Shown here: positions 10,687 through 20,352 of the stretch, piece after piece
How positions within the stretch are numbered: position 1 is the first letter of the stretch
Layout of the letters: every line of letters starts with the position of its first letter
Assembly (NCBI GenBank): GCA_963769025.1
Contig: CAVYKI010000006.1
Span: forward strand, 576,001 to 640,000
DNA: 64,000 nt
Source of the DNA: an uncultured Verrucomicrobiae bacterium
Lineage (GTDB): Bacteria; Verrucomicrobiota; Verrucomicrobiia; Chthoniobacterales; Chthoniobacteraceae
Direction of reading: 5' to 3'
Translations under genes and position numbers: made by a program
Notes under the pieces: generated by a model
Databases searched by the model: none
What the model was told of the DNA's origin: nothing
The model's input: only the letters and a program-made list of their open reading frames with translations

Positions 10687-11057
10687 GATGACCGCGTCCT
10701 GCGCGAGGTGCATAACATCGCCACCTTTACGGGACGCTCGCTGACGCAGCGTCGCCGAACTGTCGTTCTGTTGCTTGGAAAGGCTTCTGCTCCGTTCTGC
10801 CGCGCCTCCTCAGTGCATTTTGGGTGCGGAACAGACGGGCGGATGTTTTTCACGACACTGAATCGTGACTCGCCTTCTGCACGGCTGGATTTTTTCGCCG
10901 CCCATCCAGTGCATCGGTGCGTCCGCGCTCGCGGGGATTTGACGAAACCTTGCGTCAAGTCCGAAACCGACGGCGCGCTGAACCGCCGGGGAGCACGGAG
11001 ATGTGCCGCCGCTGCCGTCGCGTCGGCTTTTCGGAGCGGGAAACTACGGACGGCGCT

Positions 11058-11747
11058 TCATTTTTGCAGGCCCCGGGGCGGGCCGAGCAATTCTGCGGCG
11101 AGAATTGCCGAGCGGATGTCCGTGGGGTTTGTAAGCGTACGGCGGAGCGATGCGACGAGGGGGTTGCCCTCGCGCTCAAGAACGCTGGTGGTTCCTGCGT
11201 TTTGGGGCTCGCGTGGCGCGGGTCCTTCGCCGTGGTGAACCGCCGGCACGGCCACGCGGGCATTCATCGCCCGGAACTCCCCGGAAATCCGCTCGATGGC
11301 GGAGGCCGGTTCCTCCAGACGGCCCGCCTCGGCAAATTCCTCGGGATACTGGATGACGGGTCGCTTCGCGGGGAGATCGACCCGGGTCACGGGCTTCGCC
11401 ACAGGCTTCGGGGTCTGCATCCGCCGTTCGCGTGGCTGCGGGACCGGGCGCGGACGCGGAGGCTGAACGGGCTGCGGCCGGGGTGTCTGGGGCTTGGGCT
11501 GCGGTGGCGGAGGCTGCTGCTGGCCTTGGGGGACGCCGAGCGCTTCGAGGAAACGGCGGAGGCGTTCCTGTTCCTCGGATCCGCGTGCCGCGTCGGGAGT
11601 GGCGGAGTCGGTCGGCTCGGGAGGCGGCTCCGGAGTAGCTGACTTGGATTCCTTCTTCTTCTTCTCCAGCCACCAATTGATCACCCCCGCCGCGGCGGCG
11701 ACGATCAGGAAGATCAGATTCCCTTCGATGGCTGCGAGCATGATCAT
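11058..11747 (-). CDS. Membrane-anchored Pro-rich hypothetical protein (YqfB-like partner of FloA)
   Basis: N-terminal TM helix, Pro-rich linker, C-terminal [17 protein letters not shown]; overlaps the floA stop (ATGA). Confidence 0.7.
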   Translation of the reverse strand: MIMLAAIEGNLIFLIVAAAAGVINWWLEKKKKESKSATPEPPPEPTDSATPDAARGSEEQERLRRFLEALGVPQGQQQPPPPQPKPQTPRPQPVQPPRPRPVPQPRERRMQTPKPVAKPVTRVDLPAKRPVIQYPEEFAEAGRLEEPASAIERISGEFRAMNARVAVPAVHHGEGPAPREPQNAGTTSVLEREGNPLVASLRRTLTNPTDIRSAILAAELLGPPRGLQK

Positions 11748-12799
11748 TTTCCGCCCTCGGGTCCGCGCGGCGTGCCTGCGATGGTCTCACGCATCGAGGT
11801 GTCGGCCTGCACGTTTTTCATCTTCATGTAGTCCATGATGCCCATGTTCCCGCTGCGGAACGCATCCGCCATCGCAAGCGGGATCTGCGCCTCGGCCTCG
11901 ACGACCTTGGCGCGCATTTCCTGCGTGCGCGCGTGCATCTCCTGCTCGGTGGCGACGGCCTGTGCGCGCTGTGCCTCGGCGCGGGCCTGTGCGGTGCGCT
12001 TGTCGGCCTCGGCCTGCTCGGCCTGCAGTTTCGCGCCCACGTTTTCGCCCACGTCCACGTCGGCGATGTCGATGGAGAGGATTTCAAACTGCGTGCCGCT
12101 GTCGAGGCCCTTGGCGAGCACGGTCTTGGAAATGCGGTCGGGGTTTTCGAGCACGTCCTTGTAGGTGGAGGATGAGCCGATGCTGGTGACGATGCCCTCG
12201 CCGACGCGCGCGATGATGGTCTCCTCGGTCGCGCCTCCGACGAAGCGGTCGAGGTTCGTGCGCACGGTCACGCGGGCCTTCACCTTCACGCCGATGCCGT
12301 CTTTCGCGACGGCGTCGATCGTCGTGCGCCCCGCAGCGGGATTCGGGCAGTCGATGACCTTCGGGTTGATGCTCGTGCGGACGGCTTCGAGCACGGTCTT
12401 GCCGGTGCCCTTGGTCGCGAGGTCGATGGCGCAGGCGCGGTTCCAGTCGAGCGTGATGCCGGCCTTGTGCGCGGCGATTAGCGAGAGGATGCAGTTGGTC
12501 ACGTCGCCGCCCGAAAGGTAGTGCGCCTCGATGGGATCCGTTTCGAGGTTTAGGCCGGCCTTGGTCGCCGTGATGCGCGCATCCACGATCTGCGCGACCG
12601 GAACGCCGCGGAGGCGCATGGCGATCATCGTGATCATGCTCACCGGTGCATCGGCGACCTTGGCGCGAATCCAGATGCCGAGGAAATTGAAGAGGATCAG
12701 CGCCACGCCGAGGATGACGACGATGATGATGCCGATGGTGATCGGGTGGGTGAGGAGGCTGCCTGCCTGCGCGAGGATGGGATTGAGCGGGATGTTCAT
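11744..12799 (-). CDS. floA: Flotillin-like protein FloA (YqfA/UPF0365)
   Basis: [56 protein letters not shown]. Confidence 0.92.
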   Translation of the reverse strand: MNIPLNPILAQAGSLLTHPITIGIIIVVILGVALILFNFLGIWIRAKVADAPVSMITMIAMRLRGVPVAQIVDARITATKAGLNLETDPIEAHYLSGGDVTNCILSLIAAHKAGITLDWNRACAIDLATKGTGKTVLEAVRTSINPKVIDCPNPAAGRTTIDAVAKDGIGVKVKARVTVRTNLDRFVGGATEETIIARVGEGIVTSIGSSSTYKDVLENPDRISKTVLAKGLDSGTQFEILSIDIADVDVGENVGAKLQAEQAEADKRTAQARAEAQRAQAVATEQEMHARTQEMRAKVVEAEAQIPLAMADAFRSGNMGIMDYMKMKNVQADTSMRETIAGTPRGPEGGK

Positions 12800-13033
12800 A
12801 AAATAGTTTTTATTGTAAGAGGGTGTGATGCGTTTCAGCTGAAAGAACAGGCTGCACTTTGCAGATTCAGCCATGCATTGCGCATGGCGATGGCATAAAA
12901 AGCCCGGGGGCCAAAGTCAATTCGCCGGGGAATGTGCGGTCCGCGCTGGAAGTCGATGGGCGAGAAGCCCCCGCAACGAATCGGAAACTCGCGGGTGTTT
13001 TCCATTTTTGGGAAAAGAGTGCAAAGGCATCGC

Positions 13034-13062
13034 TTGACGCATCGGGGTTCCCTCCCTATCGT
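13034..13062 (+). promoter_or_regulatory. Putative sigma70 promoter of the nusA operon
   Basis: TTGACG (13034-39), 17-bp spacer, TATCGT (13057-62). Confidence 0.7.
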
Positions 13063-13092
13063 TCGCCAGTAACAAAGCAGAGCCGGACACCG

Positions 13093-13121
13093 AAAGTGGG
13101 TTCACAGCCCACTTTTTTTGT
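13093..13121 (+). promoter_or_regulatory. Leader hairpin/attenuator of the rimP-leader type upstream of nusA
   Basis: AAAGTGGG-ttcacag-CCCACTTT followed by a T-run, between the promoter and the nusA ATG. Confidence 0.65.
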
Positions 13122-13148
13122 TCCCGGCATGACATTTTTAGCCAAGCC

Positions 13149-14402
13149 ATGAACGCCGAATTTATCGCGATGATCGAGTACCTCGAGAAGGAGAAGGGCA
13201 TCAAAAGGGATGTCCTGATCGAGGCTGTACAGAGTGCCCTTTTGAGCGCTGCAAAGAAGTCAGTCGAGGCTGGCCGGGATCTCGAAGTCGTGATGGATCC
13301 GAAGAGCGGCGAAATTCGCGCCCGCGCGCACCTCATCGTGGTGGACAAGGTGAACAACAAGCACGATGAGATCGCGCTGAACAAGGCGAAGGTCGCCAAG
13401 CCCGACGTGAAGATCGGTGAGGAAGTGTGGGTGGATGTGACGCCGAGGGATCTCGGGCGCATCGGTGCGCAGACGGCGCGGCAGGCCATCATGCAGCGCA
13501 TCCGGCAGGCGGAGAAGCAGATGATTTATGATGAGTTCCGCGACCGCGCGGGGGAGATCGTGTCGGGCATCGTGCGGCGTTTCGAACGGCAGGACGTGAT
13601 GATCGATCTCGGGAAATTCGAGGCCGTGATGCCGAACCGCGAGCGCGTGCAGACGGAGGATTACGCCATCGGTGATCGCGTCCGTGCATATGTCGTGGCG
13701 GTGGAGAATACCGCGCGCGGACCGGAGATCGTGCTCTCGCGCAGCCACCCGAATTTCGTCCGGCGCCTTTTTGAAACCGAAGTCGCGGAGATTGCGGACC
13801 GCACGGTGGAGATCAAGGCCATCGCCCGCGAGGCCGGCTACCGCACGAAGGTCGCCGTTTTCAGCGCGAACGAGAAGGTGGACCCGGTCGGTGCCTGCGT
13901 TGGCATGAAGGGTGCCCGCGTGAAGAACATCGTCCGCGAACTGAACAACGAGAAGGTGGACATCATCCGCTGGTCGTCCGACGTGAGGGAACTTGTGATG
14001 GAGGCGCTCAAGCCTGCGCGGCTCAAGCACGTCACGCTCAACGAGGCGAAGAAGACCGTCGAAGTCCGCGTGGACAACGATCAGCTTTCGCTCGCCATCG
14101 GCAAACGTGGCCAGAATGCGCGTCTGACCGCGCGGCTCACCGGGTGGGAAATCAACATCGAGGAGGACACCTCCGCGAAGGAGGCGTTCAACGCCAGTCT
14201 CTCCGGTGCCGCGAAGCAACTCATCGACTCCCTCGGCATCACCGAGGAGGTCGCGCAGAAGCTCGTCGCCGTCGGCATGAATGCAGTCGAAGTCATCGCG
14301 GATGTCTCGGCGCAGGATGTCGTGGACGCGACCGGGCTTGACCTCGCGATTGCCGAGGAAATTGTAAACAAGGCCAAGAGCGCCGCTGTGGCTTCACAAT
14401 AG
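13149..14402 (+). CDS. nusA: Transcription termination/antitermination factor NusA
   Basis: GRIGAQTARQ, S1 domain, IAREAGYRTK, VGACVGMKG, LSLAIGKRGQNARL. Confidence 0.98.
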   Translation: MNAEFIAMIEYLEKEKGIKRDVLIEAVQSALLSAAKKSVEAGRDLEVVMDPKSGEIRARAHLIVVDKVNNKHDEIALNKAKVAKPDVKIGEEVWVDVTPRDLGRIGAQTARQAIMQRIRQAEKQMIYDEFRDRAGEIVSGIVRRFERQDVMIDLGKFEAVMPNRERVQTEDYAIGDRVRAYVVAVENTARGPEIVLSRSHPNFVRRLFETEVAEIADRTVEIKAIAREAGYRTKVAVFSANEKVDPVGACVGMKGARVKNIVRELNNEKVDIIRWSSDVRELVMEALKPARLKHVTLNEAKKTVEVRVDNDQLSLAIGKRGQNARLTARLTGWEINIEEDTSAKEAFNASLSGAAKQLIDSLGITEEVAQKLVAVGMNAVEVIADVSAQDVVDATGLDLAIAEEIVNKAKSAAVASQ

Positions 14403-14438
14403 GTGAAGCCATGAATACCCAGGAAAACATTTCGATTC

Positions 14439-16676
14439 ATGCCCACGAAGAGCAAGTCCACCGGATCCGCCGCAGGCGACAAGCCAGTCAAGTCGCTTCT
14501 CAAACCCATCACGGGTAGGAAGCCTGCTGCGCCTGCCGAGGCGGAGGATAAGAAAACGGCAGCGGCAAAAAAAGCGGCCGGGGAAAAGGCCGACAAACCA
14601 GTCTCAAAGCGGGGGCCCAAGGCGGGCGAGGAACCGGTGCCGGAGAAACCGAAGGAGGTTCTCTCCTTGATCGACCAGGCTGAAAAGCCCGCGCCGCGCA
14701 CCCGCAAGCCGTCCTCGCTCACCAATCCGGTCCTGCCGAGCATCTCGAAGCTCAAGGATGCGGAAACCGCGGAGACCGCGGCTGCAGCCGAGCCCGTCGC
14801 GCCCGGCGCGCCAGCTTCCGCAGCTCCCTCTGAATCGGCCGCCGCCGAGGTATCGCCGACCGGGGAAAAGCTCATCCATCTCAAGCCACCGTTCACCGTG
14901 AAGGACCTCGCGGCAGCCATCAACTTGAAGCCGTTCGTGCTCATCAAGAACCTGATGGACATCGGGGTGTTCGCGAACCAGAACCAGAACCTCGAGGCGG
15001 ACGTGGCGTCCAAGATTTGCGAACTGCACGGCTTCAAGTTCGAGAAGGAGCGCCGGGAAAAGGGCGGCGGCGTCCACAAGCAGGAGCAGAAAATCGAGCC
15101 GCCCCCGGCGCCGAAGCCGGAGGAAGTCGCGGAGGATGACGAGCCCGAGGTTCTCAAGGTCCGTCCGCCGGTGGTCACTTTCATGGGCCACGTCGATCAC
15201 GGCAAGACGACGCTGATGGACACCATCCGGCGCACGCGCGTCGCTGCTGGCGAGGCCGGTGGTATCACGCAGCACATCGGCGCCTACGCCGTGAAGCACA
15301 AGGACAAGGCTGGCGTGGAGCACTCGATCACTTTTCTCGACACGCCGGGCCATGCGGCCTTCACCGCCATGCGCTCCCGCGGCGCGACGGTGACGGACAT
15401 CGTCATCCTCGTCGTGGATGCCAGCGACGGCATCATGCCGCAGACGCTCGAGGCGATCAGTCATGCACGTGCCGCCAAGGTGAAAATCATGGTGGCCATC
15501 ACGAAAATCGATCTGCCAGGAGCGAACATCGATCGCGTGAAGGGCCAGCTTCAGGAGAAGGGCCTCGTGCCCGAGGACTGGGGCGGCGATGTGATCGTGT
15601 GCCCGGTGTCCGCGCTGAAAGGGCAGGGGATGGACCACTTGCTGGAGATGATTTTGCTCGAGGCGGAAATCCTCGACCTGAAGGCGAACGCGAAGGTTCC
15701 CGCCCGCGCGTCCGTCATCGAGGCGCAGGTCGAGCAGGGCCGCGGCCCGACCGCCACGGTCATCGTCAAGATGGGCACACTCAGGATTGGGCAGCCGTTC
15801 ATCTGCGGCGACTACTCGGGCAAGGTGAAGGGCCTCGTCAGCGAGACCGGCGCGAACATGAAGGAAGCCGGGCCTGCGACTCCGGCGAAAGTCATCGGCT
15901 TCTCCGGGATGCCGAATGCCGGCGACGAACTGATCGTGATGGACAGCGAGCGCGACACGCAGCGCCTGAGCCAGGAGCGGCTCGACAGCAAGCGCCTCGG
16001 CAAGCTCACCGCGCCACGCCGCGCCACGCTGGAGAACATTTTCGAGACCATCAAGCAGGGTCAGAAGCCCGTGCTGAATCTCATCCTGAAGGGCGACGTC
16101 CAGGGCTCCCTCGAGGCGCTCTCCACCGCCCTCAACCAGATCGACAGCAAGAAGGTGGACTTGAACATCGTCCACTCCGCCGTCGGTCCCATCTCCGAGA
16201 ACGACGTATTGCTCGCAGCGGCGAGCAGCGCCGTTGTCGTCGGGTTCAACGTGAAGACCGAGAACAATGCCGCGAACGCCGCGAGGAGCGAAGGCATCCA
16301 GATCAAGCTCTTCTCCATCATCTACGAACTGATCGATCAGGCGAAGGAAGCCATGGCCGGACTGCTCGAACCGGAGAACCGCGAACAGGTCATCGGCCAC
16401 GCGCAGGTGAAGCAGGTCTTCGAACTCACCAAGGGCATCGTCGCCGGCTGCTACGTCAGCGACGGCCGCATCCAGCGCACGGGCCGCGCCCGCGTGCTGC
16501 GGAACCGCCAGCCGATTTACGACGGCGGCATCGCCACGCTGAAGCGCTTCCAGGACGACGTGAAGGAAGTGCGCAGCGGTGTCGAATGCGGCATCAAGCT
16601 CGGCGACTACACCGAGTACGAAGTCGGCGACATCATCGAGTGCTACCTGCTCGAAAAAGTTCCGCAGACGCTCTGA
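14439..16676 (+). CDS. infB: Translation initiation factor IF-2
   Basis: [44 protein letters not shown]. Confidence 0.99.
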   Translation: MPTKSKSTGSAAGDKPVKSLLKPITGRKPAAPAEAEDKKTAAAKKAAGEKADKPVSKRGPKAGEEPVPEKPKEVLSLIDQAEKPAPRTRKPSSLTNPVLPSISKLKDAETAETAAAAEPVAPGAPASAAPSESAAAEVSPTGEKLIHLKPPFTVKDLAAAINLKPFVLIKNLMDIGVFANQNQNLEADVASKICELHGFKFEKERREKGGGVHKQEQKIEPPPAPKPEEVAEDDEPEVLKVRPPVVTFMGHVDHGKTTLMDTIRRTRVAAGEAGGITQHIGAYAVKHKDKAGVEHSITFLDTPGHAAFTAMRSRGATVTDIVILVVDASDGIMPQTLEAISHARAAKVKIMVAITKIDLPGANIDRVKGQLQEKGLVPEDWGGDVIVCPVSALKGQGMDHLLEMILLEAEILDLKANAKVPARASVIEAQVEQGRGPTATVIVKMGTLRIGQPFICGDYSGKVKGLVSETGANMKEAGPATPAKVIGFSGMPNAGDELIVMDSERDTQRLSQERLDSKRLGKLTAPRRATLENIFETIKQGQKPVLNLILKGDVQGSLEALSTALNQIDSKKVDLNIVHSAVGPISENDVLLAAASSAVVVGFNVKTENNAANAARSEGIQIKLFSIIYELIDQAKEAMAGLLEPENREQVIGHAQVKQVFELTKGIVAGCYVSDGRIQRTGRARVLRNRQPIYDGGIATLKRFQDDVKEVRSGVECGIKLGDYTEYEVGDIIECYLLEKVPQTL

Positions 16677-16680
16677 AGCT

Positions 16681-16754
16681 GTTGAGAGTCGAAAGTTGAG
16701 GGTTGAGAGGCGCACTGCCTTTTCCCTCTCAACCGTCAACTCTCAACCCTCAAC
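16681..16754. repeat. Intergenic palindrome built from GTTGAGR heptamers
   Basis: 30-nt arms 16681-16710 and 16725-16754 are inverted repeats with 4 mismatches. Confidence 0.85.
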
Positions 16755-16759
16755 TCCGC

Positions 16760-17137
16760 ATGAAGAACCGTCTCGATCGAGTCAACGAATCCATCAAGCG
16801 CGAGCTTGGCGGGCTCATCCGCCGCGAGTTCACCTTTCAGGCGAAACTCGTGACCGTGCAGGAAGTGGACATCTCGCCGGACCTGAAGACCGCGCATGTT
16901 TACATCGGCGTCCTCGGCACGCCCGAGGAGCAGCACGCCGCGCTGGCGCAGCTCCACGAGGCGCGCCCGCGGCTCCAGCGCGATCTCAGCCGCCGCGTCA
17001 TCATGAAGTTCACGCCGCATCTGCACTTCAAACTCGATCAGGCCGGAGAGCGCGGCGATCGCATCCTGCAGATCATCGAGGAACTCCACCTCCCGCCCGA
17101 GTCCGCCACGCCACCCACTGAAGACGATGCCCGCTGA
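16760..17137 (+). CDS. rbfA: Ribosome-binding factor A
   Basis: MKNRLDRVNE..VDISPDLKTAHVY..KFTPHLHFKLD; follows infB. Confidence 0.95.
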   Translation: MKNRLDRVNESIKRELGGLIRREFTFQAKLVTVQEVDISPDLKTAHVYIGVLGTPEEQHAALAQLHEARPRLQRDLSRRVIMKFTPHLHFKLDQAGERGDRILQIIEELHLPPESATPPTEDDAR

Positions 17138-18107
17138 TTCCACGCTCGAGGAAATCGCCGACGTCATCCGCGCGAACCAGCGCTTCGTCGTCATCTCCCA
17201 CATCCGCCCGGACGGCGACGCCCTCGGCTGCACGCTGGCGATGGGGCTCTGCCTGCGGCAGCTCGGCAAGGACGTGCAAATGTGGAACGACGACGGTTGC
17301 ATCGAGCGCTTCCACTTTCTGCCGGGCTCGAAATTCGTGCAGCAGCCGCCCGGCGAGCCGCAGGAGTTCGACGTCGCCATCATGCTCGACACCGCGGTGA
17401 AGGATCGCGGCGGACGCAGCATGCGCGCGGTGAAGAAGGCCGGTGCGTGGATCAACATCGATCACCACGTCTCGAATCCGCGCTACGGCGACCTGAACTT
17501 CATCGACGCCACGTCGCCGGCCACGGGCCAGATCCTGTTCGAGCTGTTCCGCACGGGAGAAATGCCCATCACCTACGAGATGGCCGACAATCTTTACGTC
17601 GCGATCAGCACCGATACCGGCAGCTTTCAGTATCCCAACACCACGGCGCGCACGTACGAGATCGGCGCGGAGCTTGTCCGCATCGGCGTGAAGGTCGGCG
17701 CACTTTCCCAGCAGCTCTACGAGAGCCATCCGCGGCGTCGCATCGAGCTGCTGAAGGCGATGCTCAACGTCATGCGCTTTTCGAGCGAGGGACGCGTCGC
17801 GAGCTTCGCGCTCTCGCTCGCCACTGCGCGCGAGGTCGGCTCGAACCCCGACGACACCGAGGGGCTCATCGATCACATCCGCTCGATCGAGGGCGTCATC
17901 GTCGCGGCGTTCTTCGAGGAATTGGAGGACGGGCTGGTCCGCGTGTCGTTGCGGTCGAAGGATCCGCGCGCCGATGTCTGCCAGATCGCCGTGGCATTTG
18001 GCGGCGGCGGACACACGCTCGCGGCCGGGCTGCGCATGCGCGGCACGCTCGCCGAGGTGCAGGAAAAATTACTCCAGGCCATTCATGACAAACTCCCGCG
18101 AAATTGA
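17127..18107 (+). CDS. nrnA: DHH/DHHA1 phosphoesterase (oligoribonuclease/pAp phosphatase)
   Basis: HIRPDGDALG, NIDHH, TDTGSF, SLRS, GGGGHTLAAG; rbfA-truB synteny. Confidence 0.92.
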   Translation: MPADSTLEEIADVIRANQRFVVISHIRPDGDALGCTLAMGLCLRQLGKDVQMWNDDGCIERFHFLPGSKFVQQPPGEPQEFDVAIMLDTAVKDRGGRSMRAVKKAGAWINIDHHVSNPRYGDLNFIDATSPATGQILFELFRTGEMPITYEMADNLYVAISTDTGSFQYPNTTARTYEIGAELVRIGVKVGALSQQLYESHPRRRIELLKAMLNVMRFSSEGRVASFALSLATAREVGSNPDDTEGLIDHIRSIEGVIVAAFFEELEDGLVRVSLRSKDPRADVCQIAVAFGGGGHTLAAGLRMRGTLAEVQEKLLQAIHDKLPRN

Positions 18108-18808
18108 CGGTGTGCTGCTGGTGGACAAAGCCGGCGGGATGACTTCCCACGACATCGTCGCCATTGCCCGCCGCACGCTCGGCACGAAAAAGATCGGCCA
18201 TTGCGGCACGCTCGATCCGCTCGCCACCGGCCTGCTCATCCTCACGCTCGGGCGCGGGACGAAAATCCAGGACCTGCTCATGGCCGAGGACAAGGAATAC
18301 GTCGGCACGCTGAAGCTCGGCGAGAACACCGACAGCCAGGATGCCGACGGCCAGATCACCGAGACGCGCCCGGTGCCGGAGCTTTCCCGCGAGCAGATCG
18401 ATGCCGCGTTCGCGAAGTTCAAGGGCGACTTTTACCAGATGCCGCCGATGGTCTCCGCGATCAAAAAGGACGGCGTGCCGCTCTACAAACTCGCGCGCCA
18501 GGGCAAGACCGTCGAACGCGAGCCGCGCTTCGTCCACGTCTATGCGCAGGAGCTGCTCGATGTGCGCCTGCCCGGAGATCGACTTCCGCGTCGTGTGCAG
18601 CAAGGGCTTCTACGTCCGCACCTACGCCTTCGACATCGGCCAGGACCTCGGCTGCGGCGCGCATCTGAAAGCGCTCCGCCGCACCAAGAGCGGCAAGTTT
18701 TCCGTGGACAACTCCGTCTCCGCCGACGTGCTCAAGAACGGCCCGCTGGATGCGGTGCTCGCGAAGGTGATGACGCTCCCGCAGGTCTCCATCCTCCGCG
18801 GGGCATAA
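18085..18808 (+). CDS. truB: tRNA pseudouridine(55) synthase; one frameshift near 18570
   Basis: [51 protein letters not shown] in the next frame. Confidence 0.93.
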
Positions 18809-18823
18809 CGCCCGGCGCGCCGC

Positions 18824-19755
18824 GTGACCGTGAACGTCCTCCGCTCGATTCCCGATCTCGCGACGGTGCGCGGGCCGGTCGTCCTCGCGGCGGGCGTCTT
18901 CGACGGCTTCCACCTCGGCCATCGCGCCGTCATCGAGCGCGCCATCGCCGATGCCACCGCGGCGGGCGGCACCCCCGTCGTGCTCACCTTCGATCCGCAT
19001 CCCGCGACCATCCTCCGCCCGGGGAATGCGCCGCCGCTGCTCACCTCCACGCGGCACAAGGTGCGGCTCATCGGCGAGGCCGGCGTGCGGCACATGCTCG
19101 TGCTGCCATTCACGCCCGACTTCGCAGCCAAGGCGCCGGAGGCCTTCATCGCGGAACTCGCCGCAGCCTGTTCGCCGCTGCGCGAGATCTGTGTCGGCGA
19201 GGACTGGGCATTTGGAAAGGAACGCGCGGGGAATCTCGCGCTGCTCGCATCGCTCGGCGCGAGCCTCGGCTTCACCGCCACCGGCATCCCGGCGGTGACG
19301 GTCGATGGCCGCGCCGTCAGCAGCACCGTCATCCGCGCCGCCGTGGAGAGCGGCGCGCTCGACGTCGCCGCGCGGTTGCTCGGCCGCGACTTCAGCGTGT
19401 TCGGCACCGTCATCGAGGGACGCAAGCTCGGCCGCACGCTCGGCTTTCCCACCGCGAACGTCCGCCCCGAGAGCGAGCAGCTCCCGCCGAACGGCGTCTA
19501 TGCCGTCCGCGTCGCGCTTGACGGGAGCCGGCGCGAGGGCATCGCGAATGTCGGCGTGCGCCCCACGGTCGCCGGGGAAAATGCACAACGCCTCGTGGAG
19601 GTGCACCTCTTCGACTTCGCCGGCGAACTCTACGGCCGCGACCTCGACGTCTCCTTCCTCCGCTTCATCCGCCCCGAACAAAAGTTCCCGGCCTCGAAGC
19701 CCTGCGCGCCCAGATCGCCAGCGACGTCGCTGCCGTGCGGGGCGACCGCGGGTGA
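18824..19755 (+). CDS. ribF: Bifunctional riboflavin kinase/FAD synthetase; frameshift near 19690
   Basis: GVFDGFHLGH, VSSTVIR, GRTLGFPTAN, GVYAV, GVRPT, EVHLFDF, IRPEQKF; true tail GLEALRAQIASDV ends at TGA 19753-55. Confidence 0.95.
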
Positions 19756-19859
19756 GGAAGCGGCGTACATTTCAGGTTGACGATCATTCGATCCGGAGTC
19801 TTCCTCCCCGCGCGATGAATGTGGCCCCCCTAATGATGCCTTCTGCTGCGGTCGGACGC

Positions 19860-19914
19860 GAGCGTCGGAGCGTCGGAGCGTCGGAGCGTCGGAGCGTCGG
19901 AGCGTCGGAGCGTC
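19860..19914. repeat. Perfect microsatellite (GAGCGTCG) x ~6.9
   Basis: Direct inspection: six full units plus 7 nt. Confidence 0.95.
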
Positions 19915-19988
19915 TAGTACAGGCGGGGTCTGGCGTTTCGGCAAATGCGAGGCTGAAAACTTTGCCCGGTCGGCGTGTGCGGGCGCAT

Positions 19989-20324
19989 CCGTGCAAGGTG
20001 CAGGGGGCGGGTGCCAGTGTGGCAGGCGGCTTTTGCACGGTGCAAATGAAGGGTGCCAGTGGCAGTCGGGCCATGCAGCCATGCACAGTGATGTCTGCCT
20101 GCCTGTCCGCGGTTTCGTGCAGGCTGCACGGGGCGCGGCGGAGTGTCCCACGGGGTGCGTTCGCGGTGCATGGGGCAGGCCGGAGTCTGGCAAGGGCTTC
20201 GAGCATGATGCACGGGGCGGCTGCCACACGCCGGGCCGGTTCGTGCGCGGTGCAAATGCGGACTGCCAGCGTGGCAGACGGCCCGTGCACGGTGCAGGAG
20301 GCGTGTGCCAGCAGGGAAACCGGC
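19989..20324. repeat. Degenerate tandem array of 8 x 42 nt with alternating dyads every 21 bp
   Basis: TGCA at 19999, 20041, 20082, 20125, 20167, 20209, 20251, 20293; alternating TGCA-nGn-TGCA and TGCCA-nnn-TGGCA palindromes. Confidence 0.85.
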
Positions 20325-20352
20325 TCATTTTCAGCCCTTTACACATCCGAGC

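Noticed and set aside
14604..16739. Long antisense ORFs (also 13260-, 45180-, 50610-, 38880+, 7535+, 61525+)
   Set aside because: Shadow ORFs opposite well-supported genes, expected in high-GC coding DNA
18560..18580. Programmed frameshift in truB (and ribF, aroE)
   Set aside because: No slippery heptamer or stimulatory structure; similar indels are widespread in neighbouring genes
19860..20324. CRISPR array
   Set aside because: No identical 23-47-nt repeats with unique spacers, and no cas genes in the window
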